Shown: positions 11,735-23,940, counted from the first letter of the whole stretch. The stretch: DNA of 60,402 nucleotides, filler included, from Nemertoderma westbladi (GCA_032718475.1; 2 parts of 2 records of this genome joined end to end with filler, not necessarily neighbours in it), one strand, 5' to 3'. Numbers and translations are program-made. Notes: generated by a model not told the origin, from the sequence alone.

Positions 11735-13545
11735 AAGGTTGGAACAAAAATGGTGTAGGCGACTCTGAAATTTTTTTTCGAGTTTTCGTTGGTTTCATGT
11801 GAAAGAGCATGTGAAAAAACCCCAGAGAGCAATTTGACATAAAATAACATTGGCGAGTTATAGCGATTTTAAAACGCACAATTAACAACATCGAAAAATC
11901 AGGCCGTTTCAGAAAACTGCACTAGTGACGTCACTAGTGCAGCAGTAAATGTTCATTGGTTACTATACAATATAAATCTCTTAGTAACTAAAATAAATAG
12001 TGTAGCTAATATTTATTTGGTGTGTTGTTGTGTTTTGTTAAGAATACATTATTTGATAGGGGCCTACCATGGCCTACTATATTTATACGGCCTAACAGGT
12101 CACTTGAACAGGCTTCTTTAAAAGAGGCCAGTTTTTTTAACAATATTTTGAGATTTTGATATGGGAAGAGTTCTATAAATTTTCAATTGCACAGCAATTT
12201 GGTCAACGGACGTAATTGAAGTCTCCTCATTAAAGCAAGATACTAAATTTTATGGTGTAGTGTTTTAGGTAGGTTTAGCTAGTAATTTCGACCCTGGTTC
12301 CGACATCCTACTTCCCTCTATAAATATTTTTTAGTAGCTAGTTTTTATTACTATTTGTATAGAAAATGTTCCAGAACATGTTAGCTATTCATTTTTTTTT
12401 TTTAATATGTTCTAGAACAAATATTTTTTGTTCTAGAACATTTTTTTTAAAAAAATCTGGATTCTATTTAAAACGCATGGAATCGTTCTAAAACGTGTTT
12501 AAAATTAATAAAAAAATTAACAATATTTTTTTTCACAATTTTTTTATTGATTTTCAACAAGTTTTAGAACGATTCCATCATGCGTTTTAAACATAATACA
12601 GATTTTTTCTAAAAAAAATTTCTAGAACAAAAAATATTTGTTCTAGAACATATGTTTTTTAAAAATGAAAAGCTAACATGTTCTGGAACATTTAATATAC
12701 AAATAGTAATAGAAATGTTTTATTAAGCTTTAAAAAGACTTTAATGAAGAAAACAATATATGCACTTTAAATTAGATTGTTGAATCACACTTTTTCGATT
12801 GCAATTATTTTTATACAACTTAAATTATTTAATTACAAATCGCATTGATATTTAAAAATTATTAACAATTCAGTTATAGCTAACTCATCTTTCAGTTAAA
12901 TTCGTCAGCAGTGTCACTGGGGTGGGACACCACCCCCCCCCCCCCCCCCCCCCCCCAGACCAATTTGAGTCGGTGCAAATCACTACTATTTTGTGTTGTA
13001 ACAGAATAACAGTGTAATGACAGTGAAAGAGGGAACAAACTATCATACTGGTATTAGACAGTAGTACTGTAATACTTACGAATGGTGGTAATAGGCCTTT
13101 CTGTATTATCTTTGTTTTAAATAATATTTAATTATTATTTTATTATACTGGTACTACTGACTACTTAATTCAAAAATCGAAACTGTCAATTTGCTAACTA
13201 AATGAAAAGACTACAAAGTAAAATGCAAAACAGTGATAGGCCCTACAGTATATAGGGTGGAGATATAATTAACAATGATTACAGGATAAAAAATAAAAAC
13301 AATAAAAATTATTAAGATGCAAAGACTTAGGTATTAAAGACTTTAAGTCATTGTTACTGATAGCATGTGAAATGGATATTGTTGAAACTATCGAATTGAG
13401 TACAGTAATTAAGAACTGGATTTCTTTTTAAAAACGTAGAATTCAATTCAAATAATTAAAACACATCAATTCACATGAAACCAACGAATACTCGAAAACA
13501 ATTCCGATTCGCCTATCCCATTCAAAAATGGTGTTCCGAACGTTT
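11735..13545. repeat. Pair of degenerate inverted repeats (~70 bp), probable ends of an old non-autonomous DNA transposon
   Basis: TAGGCGACTCTGAAATTTTTTTTCGAGTTTTCGTTGGTTTCATGTGAA (~11756-11803) is the imperfect reverse complement of TTCACATGAAACCAACGAATACTCGAAAACAATTCCGATTCGCCTA (~13470-13515). Confidence 0.5.
12342..12715. mobile_element. Foldback/palindromic MITE-like element (~370 bp)
   Basis: Arms of ~175 bp are mutual reverse complements (e.g. AATGTTCCAGAACATGTTAGCT vs AGCTAACATGTTCTGGAACATT; ATGGAATCGTTCTAAAAC vs GTTTTAGAACGATTCCAT) around a ~20-bp spacer; repeated TTCTAGAA motifs. Confidence 0.75.
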
Positions 13546-13558
13546 TCTTAAAGGTTAC

Positions 13559-14401
13559 TACTACTAGGATCGGCATGCTGCATTGCAGCTGCATTTTTAA
13601 GAATGCTGTGCCGGCTTATCGACAAAATTTCACCGCCACAACTCCCTATCACCCATGACATTTGCTAGATCATCCACATCTTTAAGGCCAGTGTCGTTTA
13701 AGATGCGTCTCAAGAAAGTCATGGGCTGTCCACCATGCTTATTCACTCCATGAGGCTGCCAAAGTACAAGATTATGCACTGGCTGGTCCTCACGGCGAAA
13801 GCAATGTCCTGCAAAGCGGAGGCGATTTTGTTCTAGTGTCAAGCTTGGGGGAACCAATGAGACACCTCCAATGTTATATAGTGTCTGGTTGGAGATGTGT
13901 GCATTGTACTTGACACAATGAACCCGGCGTAGCATTCTTGTGAATGTGCCGTCCAGAGATTTGGTGTCCTCAGCAGTTAGAGCCCAGCATGGACTCCCGT
14001 AGAGGAGTACTGGAACTACTGCTGCTCTAAATAATCGGACCTTAAGTTTCCGATTAATTCTCGGTGACTTTAAAATCCTGGAAAGCCTATTCAAGGCTGC
14101 CCATGCCTTCCCCTTACGTATGCGAAGGTCCTCACCTGACTTTCGGATCCATGATCCCAGGTAACAGAAGTTATCCACATGCTCAAGCATACCATCTTTT
14201 GAGCTTATGCACATCCGATCAGAGACTTGCTGAGGACTTTCAGAGTTAATTGTCAAAATTTTGGTCTTTGAGTTAATAAAAAGACCAACACTAGAAGCAG
14301 CATGTTCTAATGAGCTGAGGAGCCGTTTGGCTCCCTCTAGTGAATTCTGAGAGTACTCCTAAGTCATCAGCAAAGTCTAGATCAGTTAGGTACATTCACT
14401 T
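13559..14401 (-). mobile_element. 5'-truncated RTE-like non-LTR retrotransposon, copy 2 (includes RT FADD motif)
   Basis: Minus strand reads LTDLDFADDLGVL near 14390-14350, then (after a frame disruption) the region continuing into ORF 13630-14256; (TAG)n tail; 11-bp TSD TTAAAGGTTAC at 13548-13558 and 14402-14412. Confidence 0.9.
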
Positions 14402-15390
14402 TTAAAGGTTACAAAAGTCGAAGCTACCATTAATCTGTTACTATAGATTTTATTATCCTTTCACATCTCCATTTCGTGTCTGTTTAAATTTGGTGAAATT
14501 AATTTTTGTTTTAATTGATGGTTGTTTGTTTCTTCTTCCTTTTAAATTTTAATTTCACTATCACTTTATTTCAATTTTTCGTGTGAAATTCATTGTTAAG
14601 TTGACATCTACACTCGACCGTTTCCAGCCCTCCTCGCTCAACAGCCCCGGACAAACCACCACACACCCTCCATCGCAACAATGCGTTTGAGTTACATTGA
14701 CTTAGCCACGGATGACAAACCCAATGTATTAAATGAAAATAAATAAGCAAATTAAATTGTAATTAATTTATGTATGAAAAATGGCATGAAATTAAAAGTA
14801 AAGTGATCTTTACTGATAACGAAAACATTAAATAATAAAATGCTGTGGCTCTGATATGACACAATACACTGTTTGTTTAATAATTTAATATCCAATAAGA
14901 TAGGGTTACGCATAGTATTTATTATTAGTATGATGGCTTTGAAGCAATGCATAATTAATAATCTTAAGTGAGGATAAGTAAAGCCATTAAGAAGAGCTAG
15001 TGGGTTATAGTAACTCTCGCATTATTCTGTTGTGGCTGTCGACAGCTGTTTGATATAATAAATTATAATTGTATCCGTTTGGTTTCATTTCAGTTCGACT
15101 TGAATTTATTACAAGTAGTGTATATTAGTATATATTAGTATTATTATATAGTTATATATTAGTATTATTTTATACAAGTAGTGTATATTAACCATGAACC
15201 ATCACGGCCACTCCACTATGATTAATTATACACTCTAAATACTAATTTAGGCAGGACAGTTATTGTTACACCCATAGATAAATGCCACCGGTATATTTAT
15301 AATGTGGCCTATTATTGGTGTTTTAGGTTAATGAGTGGTTTCATATTACAGTATTGTAAATGTCTGTTGGGCACAGCTTTGCAAAGTCGG

Positions 15391-15430
15391 CAATGAAACC
15401 CAGGTGGGATCGAACTGGTGACCTCTGGGT
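15391..15430 (-). mobile_element. tRNA-derived SINE-like fragment (B-box region)
   Basis: Minus strand CAGAGGTCACCAGTTCGATCCCACCTGGGTTTCATTG contains the B-box GTTCGATCC and shares AGTTCGATCCCACCTGG with 15555-15571. Confidence 0.45.
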
Positions 15431-15516
15431 GGTGATATTAACAGATTGGAGGCCATGAGGACGTAAATTGCGAACATTCAAGGTATCAGATAGTATTTCA
15501 AGGTCTATCTTTTACC

Positions 15517-15582
15517 TGAGCGGCTATCTGAATGGTCAGAGTGTCAGACTTTCAAGTTCGATCCCACCTGGACATCATTGAC
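15517..15582 (+). mobile_element. tRNA-derived SINE-like head (A-box and B-box)
   Basis: TATCTGAATGGTCAGAGTGTCAGACTTTCAAGTTCGATCCC: A-box-like segment with a TCTG/CAGA D-stem, tRNA-Lys-like TCAGACTTT, B-box GTTCGATCC; too deleted to be a tRNA gene. Confidence 0.5.
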
Positions 15583-18500
15583 GTATCTGTCATCCTTATG
15601 GTCCGTGTTCAAAGCATTTGTCATTCTTTGGGTCCGTTTGTCAAGTATCTGCCAACATGTGGGTCCGTATGCAAATTATCTGCCAACATTTGGGTCCGTG
15701 TGTAAAGTATCTGCCAACATTTGGGTCCGTGTGTAAAGTATCTGCCAACATTTGGGTCCGTGTGCAAAGTATCTGGAATCCTTTGGGTCCGTGTGCAAAG
15801 TATCTGCCAACATTTGGGTCCGTGTGTAAAGTATCTGCCAACATTTGGGTCCGTGTGCAAAGTATCTGACATCTTTTGGGTCCGTGTGCAAAGTATCTGG
15901 AATCCTTTGGGTCCGTGTGCAAAGTATCTGCCAACATTTGGGTCCGTGTGTAAAGTATCTGCCAACATTTGGGTCCGTGTGTAAAGTATCTGCGAACATT
16001 TGGGTCCGTGTGTAAAGTATCTGCCAACATTTGGGTCCGTGTGCAAAGTATCTGAAATCGTTTGGTCCATGTGCTAAGTATCTGGCATCCTTTGGGTCCG
16101 TGTGCAAAGTATCTGTCAACATTTGGGTCCGTGTGCAAAGTATCTGCCAACATTTGGGTCCGTGTGTAAAGTATCTGCCAACATTTGGGTCCGTGTGCAA
16201 AGTATCTGGAATCCTTTGGGTCCGTGTGCAAAGTATCTGCCAACATTTTGGTCCGTGTGCAAAGTATCTGTATTCGTTTGGTCCGTGTGCAAAGTATCTG
16301 GCATCCTTTGGGTCCGTGTGCAAAGTATCTAACATCCTTTGGGTCCGTGCTCAATGTATCTAACATCCTTTGGGTCCGTGTTCAAAGTATCTAACATCCT
16401 TTGGGTCCGTGTTCAAAGTATCTAACATCCTTTGGGTCCGTGTTCAAAGTATCTGACATTCATTGTGGTCGGTCCGTGTGCAAAGTATATGATATCCTTT
16501 TGGTCCATGTTCAAAGTATCTGACATCCTGTGTGGTCCGTGTTCAAAGTATCTAACATCCTTTGGGTCTGTGTTCAAAGTATCTGCCAACATTTGGGTCC
16601 GTGTTCAAAGTATCTGACATCCTGTGAGGTCCGTGTGCAAAGTATCTGACATCCTTTGGGTCCGTGTTCAAAGTATATGCCAATATTTGGGTCCGTGTTC
16701 AAAGTATCTGACATCCTTCGTGGTCCGTGTGCAAAGCATCTGACATCCTTTGGGTCCGTGTGCAAAGTATCTAACATCCTTTGAGTCCGTGTGCAAAGTA
16801 TCTGACATCCTTTGGGTCCGTGTTCAAAGTATCTAACATCCTTTGGGTTCGTGTTCAAAGTATCTAACATACTTTGGGTCCGTGTTCAAAGTATCTAACA
16901 TCCTTTGGGTCCGTGTTCAAAGTATCTAACATCCTTTTTGAGTCCGTGTGCAAAGTATCTGACATCCTTTGTGGTCCGTGTTCAAAGTATCTAACATCCT
17001 TTGGGTCCGTGTTCAAAGTATCTGACATCCTTTGTGGTCCGTGTGCAAAGCATCTGACATCCTTTGGGTCCGTGTTCAAAGTATCTAACATCCTTTGGGT
17101 CCGTGTTTAAAGTATCTGTCATCCTTTGTGGTCCGTGTTCAAAGTATCTAACATCCTTTTTGAGTCCGTGTGCAAAGTATCTGACATCCTTTGTGGTCCG
17201 TGTTCAAAGTATCTAACATCCTTTGGGTCCGTGTTCAAAGTATCTGACATCCTTTGTGGTCCGTGTTCAAAGTATCTAACATCCTTTTTGAGTCCGTGTG
17301 CAAAGTATCTGACATCCTTTGTGGTCCGTGTTCAAAGTATCTAACATCCTTTGGGTCCGTGTTCAAAGTATCTGACATCCTTTGTGGTCCGTGTGCAAAG
17401 CATCTGACATCATTTGGGTCCGTGTTCAAAGTATCTAACATCCTTTGGGTTCGTGTTCAAAGTATCTGACATCCTTTGTGGTCCGTGTTCAAAGTATCTA
17501 ACATCCTTCGGGTCCGTGTTCAAAGTATCTGACATCCTTTGTGGTCCGTGTGCAAAGCATCTGACATCATTTGGGTCCGTGTTCAAAGTATCTAACATCC
17601 TTTGGGTCCGTGTTCAAAGTATCTAACATCCTTTTTGAGTCCGTGTGCAAAGTATCTGACATCCTTTGTGGTCCGTGTTCAATGTATCTAACATCCTTTG
17701 GGTCCGTGTTCAAAGTATCTGACATCCTTTGTGGTCCGTGTGCAAAGCATCTGACATCATTTGGGTCCGTGTTCAAAGTATCTAACATCCTTTGGGTTCG
17801 TGTTCAAAGTATCTGACATCCTTTGTGGTCCGTGTTCAAAGTATCTAACATCCTTCGGGTCCGTGTTCAAAGTATCTGACATCCTTTGTGGTCCGTGTGC
17901 AAAGCATCTGACATCCTTTGGGTCCGTGTTCAAAGTATCTAACATCCTTTGGGTCCGTGTTCAAAGTATCTAACATCCTTTGTGTCCGTGTGCAAAGCAT
18001 CTGACATCCTTTGTGGTCCGTGTGCAAAGCATCTGACATCCTTTGGGTCCGTGTTCATAGTATCTAACATCCTTTGGGTTCGTGTGCAAAGCATCTGACA
18101 TCCTTTGTGGTCCGTGTGCAAAGCATCTGACATCCTTTGGGTCCGTGTTCAAAGTATCTAACATCCTTTGGGTCCGTGTTTAAAGTATCGGACATCCTTT
18201 GTGGTCCGTGTGCAAAGCATCTGACATCCTTTGGGTCCGTGTTCAAAGTATCTAACATCCTTTGGGTCCGTGTTCAAAGTATCTAACATCCTTTGGGTCC
18301 GTGTTCAAAGTATCTGACATCCTTTGTGGTCCGTGTGCAAAGTATCTGACATCCTTTGTGGTCCGTGTGCAAAGCATCTGACATCCTTTGGGTCCGTGTT
18401 CAAAGTATCTAACATCCTTTGGGTCCGTGTTCAAAGTATCTAACATCCTTTGGGTCCGTGTTCAAAGTATCTGACATCCTTTGGGTCCGTGTTCAAAGTA

Positions 18501-19108
18501 TCTAACATCCTTTGGGTCCGTGTTCAAAGTATCTAACATCCTTTGGGTCCGTGTTCAAAGTATCTGACATCCTTTGTGGTCCGTGTGCAAAGCATCTGAC
18601 ATCCTTTGGGTCCGTGTTCAAAGTATCTAACATCCTTTGGGTCCGTGTTTAAAGTATCTGTCATCCTTTGTGGTCCGTGTGCAAAGCATCTGACATCCTT
18701 TGGGTCCGTGTTCAAAGTATCTAACATCCTTTGGGTCCGCGTTTAAAGTATCTGACATCCTTTGTGGTCCGTGTGCAAAGCATCTGACATCCTTTGGGTC
18801 CGTGTTCAAAGTATCTAACATCCTTTGGGTCCGTGTTCAAAGTATCTAACATCCTTTGGGTCCGTGTTCAAAGTATCTAACATCCTTTGGGTCCGTGTTC
18901 AAAGTATCTAACATACTTTGGGTCCGTGTTCAAAGTATCTAACATCCTTTGGGTCCGTGTTCAAAGTATCTAACATCCTTTGGGTCCGTGTTCAAAGTAT
19001 CTAACATCCTTTGGGTCCGTGTTCAAAGTATCTAACATCCTTTGGGTCCGTGTTCAAAGTATCTAACATCCTTTGGGTCCGTGTTCAAAGTATCTAACAT
19101 CCTTTGGG
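15583..19108. repeat. 31-bp satellite, left part (~110 copies)
   Basis: Unit CATCCTTTGGGTCCGTGTTCAAAGTATCTAA with 31-33 bp variants; diverged at the left edge, homogeneous near 18800-19108. Confidence 0.96.
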
Positions 19109-19329
19109 TGTTAATCTAAAGATGACCAGATACTGTTGTACCGGTAGGTGGTGGTTGGTAGTATGCTCTGTAGGCCTATCGTTATTGACTGCTGTATTAT
19201 AATATAGTAGCGTATGTTTGGTGGTGTGTAAATTGAGTTTACTGTCCCGGTTCTGCATACCGGTATCTTAACTAACTGCCACATATATATATATATTATT
19301 ATTATATTTCTCGATATTGATGATTAACA
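19109..19329 (+). repeat. 5' LTR
   Basis: TG...CA with an 8-bp terminal inverted repeat; appears identical to 24072-24292. Confidence 0.96.
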
Positions 19330-19331
19330 AT

Positions 19332-19344
19332 TGGTAGCAGAGCG
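19332..19344 (+). promoter_or_regulatory. Primer binding site complementary to the 3' end of initiator Met tRNA
   Basis: TGGTAGCAGAGCG, 2 nt after the 5' LTR. Confidence 0.85.
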
Positions 19345-19497
19345 TTGTGAATTTATATTTGCGTAGCAAGCGAAGAAATTAATGCGAAGTAGTTAATTAA
19401 AGGGATAATTTAGCAAGCGACAATTTACGATAATTTGTGTCAGAGGTTAGTGTTTTAGTTGTTTAATTTCAGCGTTTAGTGTTTAGTACATGCAGTC

Positions 19498-22400
19498 ATG
19501 ACAGCCCCCAGTCCGTCAACGACAACCTTCAAAATAAACCCTCCAACATTTAATTCCGCCAGTAAGTCATATGAGCGATACAAGCAGGAGTTGCTCGCAT
19601 GGAGAGAAATTACAGATTTACCAAAACCTAAACAAGCGATAGCTATTGCTCTCTCCTTTCCAGACAATGATACCTCGAAAATACGCGAGAAAGTTTTTGA
19701 TGAAATTCCATTGGATAATTTAAAGTTGGTCGATGGGTTTGACACTCTTGTTAGATTTCTCGATCTGAAACTTGGGAAAGACGACCTGGAAGACTGTCTG
19801 GAGAAATTTGAAGATTTTGAAGATTATTTCAAATCTCAATCAGAAACAATTTTTGAGTATATATCAAACTTCGACCAAAAATATCAACGAATAAAGAAGC
19901 ATAACATCGTACTTCCTGCCGCAGTTTTGGCTTTCAAGCTAATTCGCAATTCGCGTGTTTCTAAAGAGGAGAAGTTGCTTGTAATTACCGGTTTAGATTA
20001 TACAAGGAAAGATGAATTATATGATCAGAGTCAAAAATCACTGAAGAAGTTTATTGGCAAATCCATGACATCTGATTCCACTACAACTTCAAATCCGGCA
20101 ATAAAACTAGAACCGCTATTCTTGGCAGAGAATGAGGAGGCATTGGCAGCTGCGGGCTATTATCGTGGCCAGGGATATCGGGGGTTTAGAGGCGCTGGTG
20201 GAACTCCAGGTGGAAGTAACTACTTCAATTCTACAAGACGAAATTATGTACCTTATAAGCCTAGCAATCTCGGTTCTTTTCGATCGGGTGTTAATTATCC
20301 AGGCGGAGGTGGGAACATTAGATCAAATTTGGTTCAAGAGAGGAAGGTTAACCCATCAGGTACTGACGGCCGTCCGCTTACTTGTCGATGTTGTGGTTCG
20401 TTTCGTCATCTAATAAAAGATTGCCCAGACACCTGGGAAAACATCGCGAAGGTGAATATAACAGACAATGAAAACCATGGAATAGATTATGATAATGAAC
20501 AGCCACTTTATTTTGATGAATCTGAAAATGTCTTGCTTAGTGTATTTGCTTCATCCAATGAAATGTGGCAGTTGGGGATCGAAGCAACAAATTGCGCAGT
20601 TTTAGATAGTGCTTGCACTAGTACAGTATGTGGTGAGAAATGGCTTAATACTTATCTCTCCTCTCTTAATGATGATGACAGAAAACGTGTTGCATTTAAT
20701 TCCAGTAAAAAAATGTTTAAATTTGGAGCTGGTTCCAAACTTGCTTCAAAGGGGGAGTATGTCCTTCCCGCAGTGATTGCAGGCAAGAACGTTTCCATCA
20801 GAACAGATATTGTTGATTCTGAAATACCTCTTCTACTATCCAAAACATCTATGAAGAGAGCCCAAATGAAGATCGATTTAGAGACTGATACTGCAGAAGT
20901 TTTTGGTAAAGTTATAGCTTTGAACATGACATCATCCGGTCATTATTGTCTTCCAATTAGTATTCCAGCTGAGGAGAATATGATTTTTGCTGTTGATTTT
21001 AATGGCCTTGAAAAATGTGAATTACACAAAGTTTTATTAAAAATACATAGACAGTTTGCTCATCCTTCATCAGTGAAGTTTATTAACTTATTACAAGATG
21101 CCGGAGTCTGGAAAGATTCATTTTCAGACATTGTAAACAATATTACAGATAATTGTGATGTCTGTAAGCGATTCACAAAGACACGCCCAAGACCTGTTGT
21201 TGCTTTGCCTATGGCAAATAGATTTAATGAAGTAATCGCAATTGATTTAAAGGCATGGGAATCAGAATGGATTTTGCATATGGTTGATGTATGGTCCCGA
21301 TATAATATATCTGTATTTGTTTCAAACAAGAAGACGTCTACAATTGTTGATAAGATTATGCAAAATTGGGTTGCATATTTCGGTACTATGGGTGCAATTA
21401 TGTCCGATAATGGTGGTGAGTTCAGTTCCGATGAGGTAAGGGAAATTTCTTCAATATTGAATGTTAAAGTTCATACTACAGCTGGTTACAGTCCATATCA
21501 GAATGGATTATGTGAAAGAATACATGCAATCACTGACTTTATGTTGAAGAAACTCAAGGAGGATCAAAGCAAAGTTGCTGTGGAAATATTACTACCATGG
21601 GCCAACATGGCTAAGAATTCACTCCAAATGTGGAATGGTTATACGAGCAATCAACTAGTTTTTGGCCAGAATCCACAAATTCCCTGTCTTATGTTTGATG
21701 CGCCTCCAGCTTTACAAGGTACTACTTCCAGTGAAATATTTGCTGGTCACCTTAATTCCCTTCATGCTGCTAGGAAAGCATTTATTGAATCTGAAACTAA
21801 TGAGCGTCTACGTCGAGCTCTGCGTCATAAAATTCGCATTTCAGAGCAAATATTTCATAATGGTGATTTGGTATATTATAAACAAGATGGTAAAGACCGT
21901 TGGCTAGGTCCAGCGAAAGTAGTCTTCCAAGATGGTAAGGTGGTTTTTATAAGACATGGTGGTGTATTTTTACGTGTGGCACCAAACCGGCTACTACCTG
22001 TTTCATCGACCCAAGATCAGCCTGCTACTTCTGTAAATAATGCTGTTGATACCGCTACTACTAGTTCTGTCACAGAAGTGAAGGGTAATACTAATACTAT
22101 TCTTACAGAAAGTTTTTCTGCAAGTGGTGATTCTCATTCATCCCCTGAAAATGTGGTGAAAGAACAACCAATTCTAGATGACACATCTACCCCAAATTCA
22201 ATAGTCTCTGTTAAAAATTGTTCCAACTATAAACCTAAGGCTGGTGATAATATTGAAGTCCGTAATGATGATTCCAATGAGTGGATTCCTGTTAAAATTT
22301 TGGGTCGTGCCGGAAAAGCTACAGGAAAATTTTCAAATTGGTATAATGTGGAGGAAGATAACGGTAATAAGCATAGTTTCGATCTTTGCACTAAAGAATG

Positions 22401-23940
22401 GAGAGCTATCAATGATGTTGATTTTTTAAACGATGTGAATTTGGTTATTATTCCAAAAAACCAGCATTCAACTCCAGATTGTCTAAATGCTAAGCAAGTT
22501 GAGCTCCAAAAACTTATTGATTATGAAGTTTATGAAGAAGTTCCATACGACAACCAGCAATGTATAAGTACAAGATGGATTTTATGGTACAAGGGGCAGG
22601 AGATCCGTGCTCGCTTAGTGGCTAGAGGTTTCGAAGAAAACATGAAACTTGCTACTGATTCACCAACTATAGGTAAATATACAATGCGAATAATGTTAGC
22701 TATTATAGCTAGTAAAGGTTGGACCTTAAAGGCCACTGATATAAAATCGGCCTTTCTACAAGGGAAGACACTGGAGCGGGATTTATATTTACTTCCTCCT
22801 AAGGAAGCAAATGTATCTGATAACATGGTATGGCGGCTCAAGAAATGCCTGTATGGATTAAATGATGCAGCTCGCCAATTTTACATTAGTGTTGTGGAAA
22901 AACTTACTGCTCTCGGATGTCTCAGATCACCACTAGATCCCGCATTATTTATATATCACGACAATCAGAATAATGTTGCTGGAATACTCTGTTCTCATAT
23001 AGACGACTTTCTTCATGCTGGGGATGAAAGATTTGACAATATCATTTCTCAGCTTACACAACGATTTATTGTTGGTAAATCAGTACAACACGAATTCAAT
23101 TACGTTGGATTTGAGCTAATTCATACAGTTGAAAACTTCATTGTTATTAATCAAAACAAGTATGTTAATGATCTTAATATACCCAAATTAGATTTCACAC
23201 GCAATAAGAATGATAACTTATCCAACTCAGAACTGTCACTTTATCGATCTTTAGTTGGTAAATTAAATTGGATAGTCCATGGCAGCCGACCGGATTGGAA
23301 CTTTGAACTTATTCAATTGAGTACACGTTTTAAAAACGCAATTTATGAAGATTTACTCCGTGTTTGCAAGATATTGCGAAAAATTCAAGAAGCTGATTGC
23401 TATGTTTTGTTTCCGAATCTAGAACATATTGTAAACTGGAAATTAATACTATATACCGATGCTGCTTTTGCTAATTTGAATGATGGAATAAGTAGCACCA
23501 TGGCTTATATATTATTTTTGGTTGGCGCTAAAGGTTCTTCATGTCCTATTTCATGGAGTACCTCAAAAATCAAGCGAGTAGTTCGCTCTACTATTGCCGT
23601 GGAAGCTTTGAGTTTACAGCAAGGAATAGAACAAGCTATCTATATTCGCTCATTGATATTACAAATAATTGGATCAGGATCCCAATTGCCAATATTGGTT
23701 TTCAGTGATAACCGAAGCGTTATTGAGTCACTTCAATCTACAAAGATGGTGGATGACAAACGTTTAAGAATAGATATTTGCGCAATCAAACAATTTCTGG
23801 AAAATGGTGAGATCCAATCTGTCTCTTGGTGTCCAGGATCGAAACAAATGGCCAATTCTCTGACAAAGAAGGGAGCTAATGGTGTAGAATTGCTTCGTTC
23901 GATTACTACTGGAAAACTCTCCAATATAAACTTCTCATAA
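19498..23940 (+). CDS. Copia Gag-Pol polyprotein (1480 aa)
   Basis: Zinc knuckle CRCCGSFRHLIKDC; protease VLDSACTSTVCG; integrase HRQFAH...CDVC, IAIDL, SDNGGEF, NGLCER; RT RARLVARGF, DIKSAFL, LYGLNDAAR, HIDDFL; RNase H YTDAAF...ANSLTK. Confidence 0.96.
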   Translation: MTAPSPSTTTFKINPPTFNSASKSYERYKQELLAWREITDLPKPKQAIAIALSFPDNDTSKIREKVFDEIPLDNLKLVDGFDTLVRFLDLKLGKDDLEDCLEKFEDFEDYFKSQSETIFEYISNFDQKYQRIKKHNIVLPAAVLAFKLIRNSRVSKEEKLLVITGLDYTRKDELYDQSQKSLKKFIGKSMTSDSTTTSNPAIKLEPLFLAENEEALAAAGYYRGQGYRGFRGAGGTPGGSNYFNSTRRNYVPYKPSNLGSFRSGVNYPGGGGNIRSNLVQERKVNPSGTDGRPLTCRCCGSFRHLIKDCPDTWENIAKVNITDNENHGIDYDNEQPLYFDESENVLLSVFASSNEMWQLGIEATNCAVLDSACTSTVCGEKWLNTYLSSLNDDDRKRVAFNSSKKMFKFGAGSKLASKGEYVLPAVIAGKNVSIRTDIVDSEIPLLLSKTSMKRAQMKIDLETDTAEVFGKVIALNMTSSGHYCLPISIPAEENMIFAVDFNGLEKCELHKVLLKIHRQFAHPSSVKFINLLQDAGVWKDSFSDIVNNITDNCDVCKRFTKTRPRPVVALPMANRFNEVIAIDLKAWESEWILHMVDVWSRYNISVFVSNKKTSTIVDKIMQNWVAYFGTMGAIMSDNGGEFSSDEVREISSILNVKVHTTAGYSPYQNGLCERIHAITDFMLKKLKEDQSKVAVEILLPWANMAKNSLQMWNGYTSNQLVFGQNPQIPCLMFDAPPALQGTTSSEIFAGHLNSLHAARKAFIESETNERLRRALRHKIRISEQIFHNGDLVYYKQDGKDRWLGPAKVVFQDGKVVFIRHGGVFLRVAPNRLLPVSSTQDQPATSVNNAVDTATTSSVTEVKGNTNTILTESFSASGDSHSSPENVVKEQPILDDTSTPNSIVSVKNCSNYKPKAGDNIEVRNDDSNEWIPVKILGRAGKATGKFSNWYNVEEDNGNKHSFDLCTKEWRAINDVDFLNDVNLVIIPKNQHSTPDCLNAKQVELQKLIDYEVYEEVPYDNQQCISTRWILWYKGQEIRARLVARGFEENMKLATDSPTIGKYTMRIMLAIIASKGWTLKATDIKSAFLQGKTLERDLYLLPPKEANVSDNMVWRLKKCLYGLNDAARQFYISVVEKLTALGCLRSPLDPALFIYHDNQNNVAGILCSHIDDFLHAGDERFDNIISQLTQRFIVGKSVQHEFNYVGFELIHTVENFIVINQNKYVNDLNIPKLDFTRNKNDNLSNSELSLYRSLVGKLNWIVHGSRPDWNFELIQLSTRFKNAIYEDLLRVCKILRKIQEADCYVLFPNLEHIVNWKLILYTDAAFANLNDGISSTMAYILFLVGAKGSSCPISWSTSKIKRVVRSTIAVEALSLQQGIEQAIYIRSLILQIIGSGSQLPILVFSDNRSVIESLQSTKMVDDKRLRIDICAIKQFLENGEIQSVSWCPGSKQMANSLTKKGANGVELLRSITTGKLSNINFS

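Noticed and set aside
15517-15582. tRNA gene
   Set aside because: The 3' anticodon stem and variable loop are missing and there is no acceptor-stem pairing; treated as a SINE-like head.
15618-18821. Many 60-240 aa ORFs on both strands
   Set aside because: Translations of the 31-bp satellite.
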